Positions 35,266-44,779 of a stretch of DNA of 64,000 nt are shown here, piece after piece; position 1 is the stretch's first letter; every line of letters begins with the position of its first letter. The translations under genes were made by a program, and so were the position numbers. The stretch comes from Bacteroidales bacterium (lineage in GTDB: Bacteria; Bacteroidota; Bacteroidia; Bacteroidales; FEN-979), in assembly GCA_963682005.1 (NCBI GenBank), contig OY820914.1:4964979-5028978 (forward strand). The letters are read 5' to 3'. Under the pieces are notes generated by a model. That model had not been told where the DNA came from. It made no database searches and was given only the letters and a program-made list of their open reading frames with translations.

Positions 35266-36699
35266 ATGATACCCACGATGGAATACAAACCCTTGATAAT
35301 CCCAGAATCAAAAAGATGGAAGGGGTTGAAGGTTTTCTGTTATGAATGCGGAACAAGCGTATCAGATATTTGTAAAAGTTCGGGTAACCCGATATCACAA
35401 TGCAAGCATGGAGATCAACATGTATTCAAAGTTGTTGTCCACGTGCCAGGAACTAAAAATCAGAGAAGAACAAAAAAATTAGAAACACGAGATGTAAACG
35501 AAGCGATAGCCCAGGCAATCGAATTTGAGAAAGAAGCCAAGAGCGAAGCCTACGAGAGTCCAAGGAAAAAGATTCAAAAGAAAGAAATAGAAAAGGAAGA
35601 CCTGGATGAAAGCAAGCCGTATCTCTTAATCCATGCGCTTGCCAGATATATAGGCTGGCTAAACAACGAAGGTGTACCGGCACATTTGATAAAGGTAAGG
35701 AGTAGGGAACATATAAAGGATGTAGAACGTGCCCTAAAAAGTCTCATTGAGTGCTTAAAAGATAATGACTACCATCTTCCGACTTTTACGATGGAAGACA
35801 TTAATAATAATATGGTGGGAAAGGTTTTCCTTTTTTTAGAAAAGAGAAGGTTTGCTTCCAGAACATTTAATAAGTACCTCAGTTATTACACCTCTTTCCT
35901 AAGCTGGTATGCCGAGGAATATGATTTCCCCATCCGAAATTATTTTGAAAAAGTCAAAAGGAAGAACTTGAATCCAAAGCCTCAAGCGATAACACTTCCA
36001 GAGTATCAAGCTCTATTGGAAATCATCAACCCCGAGAATGGCATTAAGGAATATAAAAATGGAGTAAAGGAGAAAAGGAATTTCTATCGACCCTGGCTTG
36101 TCGATGGTTTCCGTCTTGCTCTTGAAACAGGAAGACGAAGGGAAGAGATCATAAACTTAAAATGGAACTACATCGAGGAAAGTAATGGCATACCATATAT
36201 AAAGGTAGAGGACTTCAAAGTTAATCGGATTCAAAACCGGCTTTCTGAAGACGAAAAGAAGTTCAACTATATTCCTATCACAGAATCCTTAGCGAAGCTC
36301 CTTAAAGATTTAGGTCAGGACCAATACGCCAACACGGACAATTTTATCTTGGCTCCCGAGATTTCAATAAGTCGTAAAAGGGTGATGGCAGATACTTTGA
36401 GCCGGGGCTTCTCCCATTATTATAACCAGCTTAAAACGGGAAGGAGGCTCACTTTCAAATGTTTAAGAAAAACCTATATAACGAATCTTGAGATTTTCAT
36501 GGGTAGAGGACATACGAGGGATGTTACCGGACATACCAATGATCAAGTGATAGAAAGAAGCTACTTAGACAAGCGAGAGATAGCAAAAGCAGCTCATGGA
36601 TTTCAGGTATTCCCCGATGAACCCCAGCGTAACCAAGAATTAAAGGAGATCAGAGATGAAAGAGAAAAGAACAATGAACCAAAAAGCCTAGAGGTATAA
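35266..36699 (+). CDS. int: tyrosine integrase of the element (477 aa)
   Basis: ETGRRREEI, KCLRKTYIT, TGHTNDQVIERSY catalytic-type motifs; N-terminal Cys/His cluster CYECG..C..C.H; ends 137 nt from tRNA-Leu. Confidence 0.85.
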   Translation: MIPTMEYKPLIIPESKRWKGLKVFCYECGTSVSDICKSSGNPISQCKHGDQHVFKVVVHVPGTKNQRRTKKLETRDVNEAIAQAIEFEKEAKSEAYESPRKKIQKKEIEKEDLDESKPYLLIHALARYIGWLNNEGVPAHLIKVRSREHIKDVERALKSLIECLKDNDYHLPTFTMEDINNNMVGKVFLFLEKRRFASRTFNKYLSYYTSFLSWYAEEYDFPIRNYFEKVKRKNLNPKPQAITLPEYQALLEIINPENGIKEYKNGVKEKRNFYRPWLVDGFRLALETGRRREEIINLKWNYIEESNGIPYIKVEDFKVNRIQNRLSEDEKKFNYIPITESLAKLLKDLGQDQYANTDNFILAPEISISRKRVMADTLSRGFSHYYNQLKTGRRLTFKCLRKTYITNLEIFMGRGHTRDVTGHTNDQVIERSYLDKREIAKAAHGFQVFPDEPQRNQELKEIRDEREKNNEPKSLEV

Positions 36700-36716
36700 A
36701 ATGGAAGAATTTAAGA

Positions 36717-36741
36717 TTTTCCGCACCCAAATTCCGCACCT
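36717..36741 (+). repeat. two TTCCGCACC repeats; candidate arm-type sites (right end)
   Basis: TTTTCCGCACCC and ATTCCGCACCT; the same core as 2897-2922. Confidence 0.5.
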
Positions 36742-36792
36742 TGAACAAATTTTTCTTCTATCCTGCGGTTTCCTTGACTTCCTCTTGGATAT

Positions 36793-36833
36793 AAAAAAAT
36801 GCCGAAACGCTTATTTATCTAGCATTTCGGCAT
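36793..36833 (-). terminator. element-encoded terminator for the reconstituted tRNA-Leu
   Basis: ATGCCGAAA (36799-36807) / TTTCGGCAT (36825-36833) followed on the minus strand by T7. Confidence 0.6.
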
Positions 36834-36835
36834 CG

Positions 36836-36920
36836 TACCCGGGGCGGGAATCGAACCCGCACGCCCTCGTCGGGCACAGGATTTTAAGTCCTGCGTGTCT
36901 ACCAGTTCCACCACCCGGGC
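36836..36920 (-). tRNA. tRNA-Leu(UAA)
   Basis: Reverse complement GCCCGGGTGGTGGAACTGGTAGACACGCAGGACTTAAAATCCTGTGCCCGACGAGGGCGTGCGGGTTCGATTCCCGCCCCGGGTA. Long variable arm, anticodon loop CTTAAAA, close to E. coli leuZ. CCA not encoded. Confidence 0.95.
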
Positions 36921-36978
36921 AAAAAATGGTTTTGTTTTTTGTGTGTGTTTTCTGCGTGTGATCCGGTATTTACCAGAA

Positions 36979-37005
36979 TAAAAAACCCTCGGTAATTTGA
37001 GGGTT
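36979..37005 (-). terminator. terminator downstream of tRNA-Gly
   Basis: AACCCTC / GAGGGTT stem with an 8-nt loop, then a T-run on the minus strand. Confidence 0.6.
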
Positions 37006-37011
37006 CTTTTG

Positions 37012-37084
37012 AGCGAAAGACGGGATTCGGACCCGCGACCCTAACCTTGGCAAGGTTATGCTCTACCAGCTGAGCTACTTTCGC
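37012..37084 (-). tRNA. tRNA-Gly(GCC)
   Basis: Reverse complement GCGAAAGTAGCTCAGCTGGTAGAGCATAACCTTGCCAAGGTTAGGGTCGCGGGTCCGAATCCCGTCTTTCGCT; anticodon loop TTGCCAA. Confidence 0.95.
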
Positions 37085-37139
37085 GTGGTAATTTTGGGAT
37101 TGCAAATTTATAAAAATTTAAAAGGATATTCCAAAAAAA

Positions 37140-39812
37140 TTATTTTCCCAGTAATTTTTTTATTTCATTTAGTTTCATCAGGGCTTCTACAGGCGTTAAA
37201 GTATTTATATCCGTGTTCAGGATATCTTCCTTTATCTGCTCCAGCAGGGGATCATCAAGCTGGATGAAACTAAGCTGGAACTGATCGTCTGTAACCCCTT
37301 TTTGTGTTCCCGGATGTGAACTTCCTGTACGTCCGCGTTGCCCATGTTTGCGTGCAAACTTTGAAGGTCTTCCAAGTTCTTCCGACTTATGCGAAGCTTC
37401 AAGCTGCTGCAACATTTGTTCGGCATTCTCAATAACAGTGGAGGGCATCCCTGCCATTTTCGCGACATGGATCCCGAAGCTGTGCTCGCTTCCGCCTGGT
37501 ATGAGCTTCCGGAGGAATATGACCCTGTTATTGATTTCCTTGATCGTGATGTGGTAATTTTTTATCCGCTGGAACAGGTCGGTCATCTCATTCAACTCGT
37601 GATAATGTGTGGCAAACAACACCCGGGCCTTGAACATGGGATGCTCATGAATGAATTCGGCGATCGCCCATGCGATGGAGATCCCGTCATAAGTACTTGT
37701 ACCGCGTCCAATCTCATCGAGCAGGATCAGGCTCCTGGTTGAAATGTTGTTTAATATGCTTGCTGTCTCATTCATTTCAACCATGAAAGTCGATTCTCCG
37801 GATGAAATGTTATCGGAGGCGCCTACCCGTGTGAATATTTTATCCGTAATCCCCAGGGTGGCCGATTCAGCGGGAACAAAACACCCCATCTGAGCGATGA
37901 GCGTAATTAATGCTGTTTGCCTCAATAAAGCCGATTTCCCTGACATATTCGGTCCTGTAATGATCAGTATCTGTTGCGTGGCATCATCGAGATATACATC
38001 ATTAGCGATATACTGCTCCCCGGGTTTCATCTGTTGTTCGATGACCGGATGCCGGCCTCCCCGGATATCAAGGCAGTAAGAGTCATTCAGAACAGGTCGG
38101 ACATACTGGTGCTTTTTCGTGATGAGAGCGAAGGAGGTCAGTACATCAAGCCTGGCGACCATCGCCGCGTCCAGCTGGACAGGACCAATGAAATCCGAAA
38201 GAAAAAGGAGCAGGTCATTGTAACTCCTTAGTTCAATCTCAAGGATCTTCTCCTCTGCCCCAAGGATTTTCTCCTCATATGTCTTCAGCTCTTCGGTGAT
38301 ATACCGCTCGGCATTGACCAGTGTCTGTTTTCGTGTCCAGTCTCCGGGGACTTTATCTTTGTGTGCATTGGTAACTTCCAGATAATACCCGAATACATTG
38401 GTATAGCCAATCTTCAGCGAAGTAATGCCGGTATTCTCAATTTCACGCTGCTGTATCTTTACCAGGTAATCTTTCCCTGAATAGGCCATTTGCCGGAGTT
38501 CGTCAAGTTCAGGATTGACACCTTGCTTAATAATGTTCCCCTTATTGGCCAATGCTGGGGGATCAGGATTAACCTCATTTCCGATCCGCTCCCTGGCCAG
38601 GTTACAAAAGTTCAACTGTTCGCCGATCTTCTGCAATCCCTGGCTTCCGGACCTTTCACAAGCCTGTTTCAGTACTTCAATTGAATCCAGGCCTTTTTTC
38701 AGATGAATGATCTCACGGGGATTTACCTTTCCTACAGAAACTTTGGAAATCAGTCTTTCAAGGTCACCTATCAATTGAACCTGGTGACGGATCAGCTCCA
38801 TTTCCTCAGCATGTTCAAGGAAATACTCCACCATGTCAAGACGCTCCTCAATGGGTTGACGGTTCTTCAGAGGTAGAATGATCCACCTTCGGAGGAGCCG
38901 TGATCCCATCGGCGTGACAGTCTGATCCATGATACTTAGGAGCGTAGCGCCATTGCTGTTGGCAGACTGTATCAATTCCAGGTTCCGGATGGTGAACCGG
39001 TCAAGCCAGACATAATGATCCTCTTCGATCCTTGTCAGTTTGGAGATATGACGTACTTTATCATGCTGGGTTTCCGCAAGGTAGTGAATCGCTGCACCGG
39101 CCGCAATAACAGCCTGATCCAGTCCCTCCACCCCGAAACCTTTCAGGGATGTTGTTCCAAAATGCTGTAAAAGGACACTGTTTGCAAAATCACTTGAAAA
39201 TACCCAATCGTCAAATGTGTTGATGTAGAATTTCTGTCCGAAAAGTTCCGAAAATTTCTGACGTTTGTTTTTCTGGATAATGACCTCTGTTGGATGAAAA
39301 CTCTGGATCAGCTTGTCGATATATTCTGTTGTTCCCTGGGCAAGGTAAAATTCCCCGGTGGAGATATCGAGAAATGATAAGCCGGATATTTTTGGCTCAA
39401 GATGTATGCTTGCAAGAAAATTGTTTTCTTTTTGTTCCAGGATCTTATCGTTGTAAGAAACACCGGGAGTTACAAGTTCCGTGACTCCCCGTTTTACGAT
39501 GGTCTTGGTAAGTTTCGGATCTTCCAACTGGTCGCAGATAGCCACCCTGAGGCCCGACCTGACCAATTTAGGGAGGTAGGTATCAAGCGAATGATGAGGA
39601 AATCCGGCCAGTTCAATATACGTAGCGACACCATTGGCCCTCCGTGTAAGTACGATACCCAGAATGTTTGACGCCCTGATCGCATCATCCCCAAAGGTTT
39701 CATAAAAGTCACCCACCCTGAACAGCAGCAATGCATCAGGATATTTAGCCTTGATGGCATTGTACTGTTTCATTAAAGGAGTTTCTGCTGCCGGTGTTTT
39801 TTCTTTCCCCAC
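37140..39812 (-). CDS. mutS: DNA mismatch repair protein MutS
   Basis: [31 protein letters not shown]-terminus, Walker [20 protein letters not shown]. Probable GTG start. Confidence 0.95.
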   Translation of the reverse strand: MGKEKTPAAETPLMKQYNAIKAKYPDALLLFRVGDFYETFGDDAIRASNILGIVLTRRANGVATYIELAGFPHHSLDTYLPKLVRSGLRVAICDQLEDPKLTKTIVKRGVTELVTPGVSYNDKILEQKENNFLASIHLEPKISGLSFLDISTGEFYLAQGTTEYIDKLIQSFHPTEVIIQKNKRQKFSELFGQKFYINTFDDWVFSSDFANSVLLQHFGTTSLKGFGVEGLDQAVIAAGAAIHYLAETQHDKVRHISKLTRIEEDHYVWLDRFTIRNLELIQSANSNGATLLSIMDQTVTPMGSRLLRRWIILPLKNRQPIEERLDMVEYFLEHAEEMELIRHQVQLIGDLERLISKVSVGKVNPREIIHLKKGLDSIEVLKQACERSGSQGLQKIGEQLNFCNLARERIGNEVNPDPPALANKGNIIKQGVNPELDELRQMAYSGKDYLVKIQQREIENTGITSLKIGYTNVFGYYLEVTNAHKDKVPGDWTRKQTLVNAERYITEELKTYEEKILGAEEKILEIELRSYNDLLLFLSDFIGPVQLDAAMVARLDVLTSFALITKKHQYVRPVLNDSYCLDIRGGRHPVIEQQMKPGEQYIANDVYLDDATQQILIITGPNMSGKSALLRQTALITLIAQMGCFVPAESATLGITDKIFTRVGASDNISSGESTFMVEMNETASILNNISTRSLILLDEIGRGTSTYDGISIAWAIAEFIHEHPMFKARVLFATHYHELNEMTDLFQRIKNYHITIKEINNRVIFLRKLIPGGSEHSFGIHVAKMAGMPSTVIENAEQMLQQLEASHKSEELGRPSKFARKHGQRGRTGSSHPGTQKGVTDDQFQLSFIQLDDPLLEQIKEDILNTDINTLTPVEALMKLNEIKKLLGK

Positions 39813-39931
39813 GGAAGATTCTTTGGTGATTAATGATGTTAACCGTTCGACTGTACCTTTGATTTGCTAATTTTGCCACCCTTTCTGTACAGTTTTACAA
39901 AAGTAAAAATCTTTTGTTCTCCATTGCCATC

Positions 39932-40468
39932 ATGAGAAAACTTAAAACATCCGAATTGAACCGCCTGACAGTCGTGGAATTCAAAGCAGCATCGAAGTTA
40001 CCTGTTGTTGTTGTCCTCGATAACATCCGAAGCCAGAATAACGTAGGCTCAATCTTCAGGACAGCAGATGCATTCCGTTGTGAAGCCGTTTTTTTATGTG
40101 GTATAACGGCAGTTCCTCCCCACAGAGAGATCCACAAATCAGCACTCGGGGCTACTGAATCCGTTGACTGGTCCTATTTCCCTTCGACAGCGGAAGCCCT
40201 GGAAGAACTCCGGAAACAGCATTTCCTTGTGTATGCCCTTGAGCAAACCGACAGGAGTATTTCGCTGGAATCCTTCGATTTCCCATCCAAGGAAAAAGTA
40301 GCTTTTATCCTTGGTAATGAAGTTTCTGGGATTGACGACCAACTGCTTGACAAAGTTGACGGATGCCTGGAAATCCCCCAGTTCGGAACAAAGCATTCAC
40401 TGAACGTTTCAGTCGCTGCAGGTATACTGTTGTGGAATGTTTTCCAGCAAGCCAGATTATTTTCCTGA
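39932..40468 (+). CDS. SpoU/TrmH-family RNA 2'-O-methyltransferase
   Basis: NVGSIFRTADAF, LGNEVSGI, IPQFGTKHSLNVSVAAGILLW motifs; ATG at 39932. Confidence 0.8.
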   Translation: MRKLKTSELNRLTVVEFKAASKLPVVVVLDNIRSQNNVGSIFRTADAFRCEAVFLCGITAVPPHREIHKSALGATESVDWSYFPSTAEALEELRKQHFLVYALEQTDRSISLESFDFPSKEKVAFILGNEVSGIDDQLLDKVDGCLEIPQFGTKHSLNVSVAAGILLWNVFQQARLFS

Positions 40469-40703
40469 AAAATGCAACCAATCCGAAAATGACGCGTAAA
40501 ACTTGAAAATCATTGACTGGACGCAGAAAATTTCTTAAACAATAAAAGATTTTGTAATTTTACCGGCAAAATTTAGGATATATTCGCATAATATTTTATC
40601 AATCAGATTATTATAATTAGCGGTATATTTAAATACGGTCTTAATAACAAGGAAATGGTGAAAAAAACTTGGGTTTCCGTGTTGTTTTTTGTGTTTTAAT
40701 AAA

Positions 40704-40711
40704 TATATTTG
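40704..40711 (+). promoter_or_regulatory. Bacteroidota -7 box TATATTTG (TAnnTTTG)
   Basis: Consensus match 54 nt upstream of the ATG at 40765. Confidence 0.4.
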
Positions 40712-40764
40712 TAAAATCAGTAAACAAAATTATAATTCATAACACATAACTAAAATTCAGAAGT

Positions 40765-43350
40765 ATGGAAAAGTTGTATAAATTGTTGTCGAAGGCATTG
40801 ATAGTCATCCTTGTGACGCTCATACCCTTTGTTTCTTTCGCGCAGTCTAATCAAACGAAATCGTCCACTCCCGCCACCACGGATAAAAAGACTGAGCAAA
40901 CCAAAAAAGAAGAACCAAAAGGGAAGAAAAATCCAGCCCCATCACATTGTTACTGGTCAGTGACAGCATGGGGTGCCGCCAACCAGTTCAACGGTGACCT
41001 TTCCAAAAACCTGTTGTGGAATGATAAATGGACCATTGGCGCTGGCGCAATGCTCACCAGGCAATTCACAAGAGTTATTGGTGCAAGAGGCAGGATAGGA
41101 TGGGTCCCTATGGCAAGCTCTGTTGAGAATAAATTCATTGAAGGAAACTATGTCAGTGATGGTTTTAAATCATGGGTGATTGAAGCTGACCTGCATGCCA
41201 CCATCAATTTTGTCAACTGGATCATGGGATATAAGCCGGACCGCTTTTTCTCTTCATATCTTATTGCAGGTGTTGGTATGGACCATACACAAGGTGTTAA
41301 ATATAATCTTGATAATCCCGATGTGATTACAGGATACCTGGGTTACAAAACCCACAAAGGCAATGAAAATCTGGGATTCGGCAACAACAGCGGAATCGGT
41401 GGCTGGAACCTCGAGTTCAAAGGTGTTGCCGGTATCGGTTTTGATTTCAACCTGAACAAGCATTGGTCGATCAATCCTGAAATTTTATGGAGAATGCGGG
41501 ATGGTGATGTCCTCGACCTTACACACGGCGGTGCAAAAGCAGTGAAACCTGACATGTACAGTTCCGGTTCAATTGGTCTTACCTATAAGTTTGCCTATTG
41601 CGGCTGCAACCTTAAAGACATGGAAAAGAATTACAGCCTTGTAACTTATGAAGTAACGCCAAAAGTACTTGAGGAAAAAGGTGACTCTGTCATGGTTACC
41701 GTTAAAGGATCTGTTCCTCCGAAATATTTCTGCCCGAATGCAGTCATGTATTTTGAACCAAAAATCACCTATGCTGGCGGTTCATATACACTGAAACCAA
41801 TGAATATCCATGGAGAAAACGTCCAGGGCGACGGCACCATGATCAAATACAAAGAAGGCGGAACATTCACTTACGTCACTGTATTCCCGTACAAACCCGA
41901 AATGAATACATCTGAACTTGTTGTTGCCCCGATAATTTATGAAGCAAAAGACAAGAAAGTTCTTACCAAAGACGAGATCAAGAATGCCAAGAACATCCAG
42001 CTGCCTTCAAGGGATCTTGCACCTGGAATCATCTATACAGCAACAAGAGCTATCATGGATCAGGCTCCGTTACTGGCAGATCATGGATATCAGAAAGAAG
42101 TTATCCAGTCAAAATCAGGCATCATTTATTTCAAGATCAATTTATTCAACCTCGATCTTAAGTTTGGCCTGAACAAAACACCTGCTGCACAGGATCAACT
42201 TGGCCAGCTTGCTACTTTCTTACAACAAGGATGGAAGATAAAAGACATCACCATCAATGGCTATGCTTCACCCGACGGGGAAGAAACATTCAATGTCGGA
42301 CTTTCCGAAAACCGTGCAAAGACCGGGAATACATATATGATCGACCAGTTCCAAAAATGGGTCAAGGAAAAGGAAAAAGCCAACAAGGACAAGAAAGCTG
42401 TTAAAACAATGGTTGATGCTGCAGGAAAAGATGTCAATTTTGTGATCGATCATCATGGTCCGGACTGGAATGGATTCCTGAAGGAAGTACAGGGCAGTTC
42501 AGTAAAAGATAAAGACAAGATCCTGAATGTTATCAACTCATCCGGTGACAATAAAAAGAAAGAACAGGAAATCCGCAATATGATCCTGATCTACCCGGAA
42601 CTCGAAAAAGACCTCCTTCCTCCGTTAAGAAGGGCTGAGATCACTGCCAATGTTTATGAGCCAAGAAAAACCGATGCTGAACTGAGTCAACTTGCGATAT
42701 CAAATCCTGACCAGTTAAAGGTTGAAGAACTTCTTTATGCAGGCACACTGACGAATGACAATGATGCCAAACTGACAATCTATGATAATGCTGCAAAACT
42801 CTTCCCGAACAACTGGAAAGCACTTAACAATGCTGCTTATATCAACATCCTGAAAGGCAATAATGACAAAGCTGGCAACTACCTGCAGAAAGCTGCCGGA
42901 ATTGCCGCAAATAACGGCATTATTGAGCACAACATCGGTGTTGTCGCAGCCAGAACAGGCGATCTGAAGAAAGCCGAATCCCAGTTCAAGAAAGCACAGC
43001 AGCTTGGCGAAAAAGAAGACTATAACCTTGGCGTCCTTATGATAAAGAAGGGTGACTACCAAAAAGCCCAGACCAGCATGGCAAATGCAAAATGTACATA
43101 CAACCTTGGGTTAGCTCAGCTGGTAGGCGGAAATGTCACCGCAGCACAAACTACCCTGCAGTGTGCACCGCAAACTCCGGAAACTTTTTACCTGCTTGCA
43201 ATTTGCGGAGCCCGCACCAACAATGCTAAAAATCTTTATGATAACCTCACCAAAGCCGTGACCGATCCTAAACTGAAAGAACAGGCAAGGGGCGACAGGG
43301 AATTCTACAATTTCATGAATACACAGGATTTTAAAAATATCGTGAAATAA
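40765..43350 (+). CDS. OmpA-family outer-membrane protein with C-terminal TPR-like region (861 aa)
   Basis: Signal peptide, beta-barrel-like N-domain, OmpA-like INGYASPDGEETFNVGLSENRA. Confidence 0.7.
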   Translation: MEKLYKLLSKALIVILVTLIPFVSFAQSNQTKSSTPATTDKKTEQTKKEEPKGKKNPAPSHCYWSVTAWGAANQFNGDLSKNLLWNDKWTIGAGAMLTRQFTRVIGARGRIGWVPMASSVENKFIEGNYVSDGFKSWVIEADLHATINFVNWIMGYKPDRFFSSYLIAGVGMDHTQGVKYNLDNPDVITGYLGYKTHKGNENLGFGNNSGIGGWNLEFKGVAGIGFDFNLNKHWSINPEILWRMRDGDVLDLTHGGAKAVKPDMYSSGSIGLTYKFAYCGCNLKDMEKNYSLVTYEVTPKVLEEKGDSVMVTVKGSVPPKYFCPNAVMYFEPKITYAGGSYTLKPMNIHGENVQGDGTMIKYKEGGTFTYVTVFPYKPEMNTSELVVAPIIYEAKDKKVLTKDEIKNAKNIQLPSRDLAPGIIYTATRAIMDQAPLLADHGYQKEVIQSKSGIIYFKINLFNLDLKFGLNKTPAAQDQLGQLATFLQQGWKIKDITINGYASPDGEETFNVGLSENRAKTGNTYMIDQFQKWVKEKEKANKDKKAVKTMVDAAGKDVNFVIDHHGPDWNGFLKEVQGSSVKDKDKILNVINSSGDNKKKEQEIRNMILIYPELEKDLLPPLRRAEITANVYEPRKTDAELSQLAISNPDQLKVEELLYAGTLTNDNDAKLTIYDNAAKLFPNNWKALNNAAYINILKGNNDKAGNYLQKAAGIAANNGIIEHNIGVVAARTGDLKKAESQFKKAQQLGEKEDYNLGVLMIKKGDYQKAQTSMANAKCTYNLGLAQLVGGNVTAAQTTLQCAPQTPETFYLLAICGARTNNAKNLYDNLTKAVTDPKLKEQARGDREFYNFMNTQDFKNIVK

Positions 43351-43365
43351 TAAATTTGAACTTCA

Positions 43366-43401
43366 TAAAAAAACCCTGGCAGTTTGCCGGGGTTTTTTTT
43401 T
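43366..43401. terminator. bidirectional terminator between convergent genes
   Basis: CCCTGGCA / TGCCGGGG stem flanked by an A-run and T9. Confidence 0.7.
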
Positions 43402-43416
43402 CACTTTCAGACCAGT

Positions 43417-44049
43417 TCAAACCTCGATCCGGTGAATCCCTATATCATATTCTGCATTCACGACTGCGACCATCTTGTCATAATCATCACTATTATGAAC
43501 AAAATCAAGATGGTTTGAATCTACGATCACGATCCTCATTTGCTGCTGTTGCTTAAGGTAGTCAAGGTAACCAGTCTGAATCTTCTCCAGGTATGCAAAA
43601 TCGATATTCTGCTCATAGGAACGGCCTCTCTTTTGAATATTACGCTTCAGGTTTTCCAGGTTCACATAAAGATAGACGACCAGTTCGGGCCGCGGAATCT
43701 TTGATTCTATAATATTAAACAGTCGGGCATATAAGCTGAACTCATCCGGCTCCAGGTTTTTACTTGCAAAGATCAGCGACTTGTGCAGGAAGTAATCTGC
43801 AATGGTAAAATCTGTAAAAAGGTCCTGCTTCGACAAGGGATCTTTCAATTGCTGATATCGTTCGGCAAGGAATGACAGTTCCAGCGGAAATGCATATTTG
43901 GAAGGGTCTTTATAGAATTTCGGGAGGAAGGAGTTCTCTTCAAACTGCTCCAGGATAAGTTTTGCATTGAATTGGGCAGCAATTTTGGTGGCAAGCGACG
44001 TCTTGCCTGCGCCTATATTCCCTTCAATGGCTATATAATTATAATGCAT
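43417..44049 (-). CDS. deoxynucleoside kinase
   Basis: IAIEGNIGAGKTSLA P-loop, ERS-like FLAERY, size 210 aa. Confidence 0.8.
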   Translation of the reverse strand: MHYNYIAIEGNIGAGKTSLATKIAAQFNAKLILEQFEENSFLPKFYKDPSKYAFPLELSFLAERYQQLKDPLSKQDLFTDFTIADYFLHKSLIFASKNLEPDEFSLYARLFNIIESKIPRPELVVYLYVNLENLKRNIQKRGRSYEQNIDFAYLEKIQTGYLDYLKQQQQMRIVIVDSNHLDFVHNSDDYDKMVAVVNAEYDIGIHRIEV

Positions 44050-44131
44050 TTGCTAATTAGACTGATCAGGGAGTAAAGATAAAAAGTAAAAAATCGCTTC
44101 AAAGAAAAATAATCTCAGATTTTATCCCAAG

Positions 44132-44638
44132 TTATTGACCATTCCGGTTACCTGTTCTCCAAACGGCGGTTTTGTCAGAACATTCAAGCAGTAACGCTCC
44201 TACCGTTTTTTTCAGAACGGGATGAATGAAAAAACCGGCAATTTCAGCCAGGGGCTCCAAAACAAACTTTCGCTGGTGCATCAGCGGATGGGGAATTTTC
44301 AGTGATTCCGTTTCGATGATCTCATTGTTGAAGAAAAGGATATCGATGTCGATGGTCCGGGATTCATACTTATTCCCTGTTCTTTTTCTGCCAAGCCATT
44401 CCTCAACTGCATTCAATGTCTTTAATAACTCTTCAGGTGACTGTTCCGTCCGGATCTCAATAGCCTGGTTAAGGAAATTTTGTTCATCAGAAAAACCCCA
44501 TGGTTCGGTTTCATACACTGATGATTGCTGAAACACGTTCCCCGCATGAAGCGACACCAGTTCGATGGCCTTTGCAAGGTATTCCCAACTATTGCCACGA
44601 TTGCTGCCCAGCAGAATGTAAACCTGATTATATTCCAT
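44132..44638 (-). CDS. folK: 2-amino-4-hydroxy-6-hydroxymethyldihydropteridine diphosphokinase
   Basis: LGSNRGN, SSVYETEPWG, RTIDIDILFF, IPHPLMHQRKFVLEPL. Confidence 0.9.
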   Translation of the reverse strand: MEYNQVYILLGSNRGNSWEYLAKAIELVSLHAGNVFQQSSVYETEPWGFSDEQNFLNQAIEIRTEQSPEELLKTLNAVEEWLGRKRTGNKYESRTIDIDILFFNNEIIETESLKIPHPLMHQRKFVLEPLAEIAGFFIHPVLKKTVGALLLECSDKTAVWRTGNRNGQ

Positions 44639-44748
44639 GTGATTTGAATAAACAACAAAGATATTCAGAGTTTTAATGGGATTTCAGAACTCCAGGGCAA
44701 TTTATCAGTTCTGAAAAATAATTTAAACCATAGATCATTCATAATAAC

Positions 44749-44756
44749 TAATTTTG
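44749..44756 (+). promoter_or_regulatory. Bacteroidota -7 box TAATTTTG
   Basis: TAnnTTTG match 24 nt upstream of the ATG at 44780. Confidence 0.45.
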
Positions 44757-44779
44757 CATGAAAATAAATTCCATTTGTT

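Larger units (their letters stand above)
2769..36893. mobile_element. ~34.1-kb integrative mobilizable element (IME) inserted in tRNA-Leu(UAA)
   Basis: 63-bp direct repeats at both ends. Integrase + Xis-like gene abut the intact tRNA. Contains T4CP/relaxase/ArdC/RadC. By eye more AT-rich than 37-64 kb. Confidence 0.8.

Noticed and set aside
36899-37267. ORFs 36899..37105 (-) and 37058..37267 (+)
   Set aside because: They overlap tRNA-Leu/tRNA-Gly and the mutS 3' end, so they are not credible coding regions.
37232-39760. Numerous 60-117-aa ORFs on both strands within mutS
   Set aside because: They are all nested in the 890-aa MutS frame and none has independent support.
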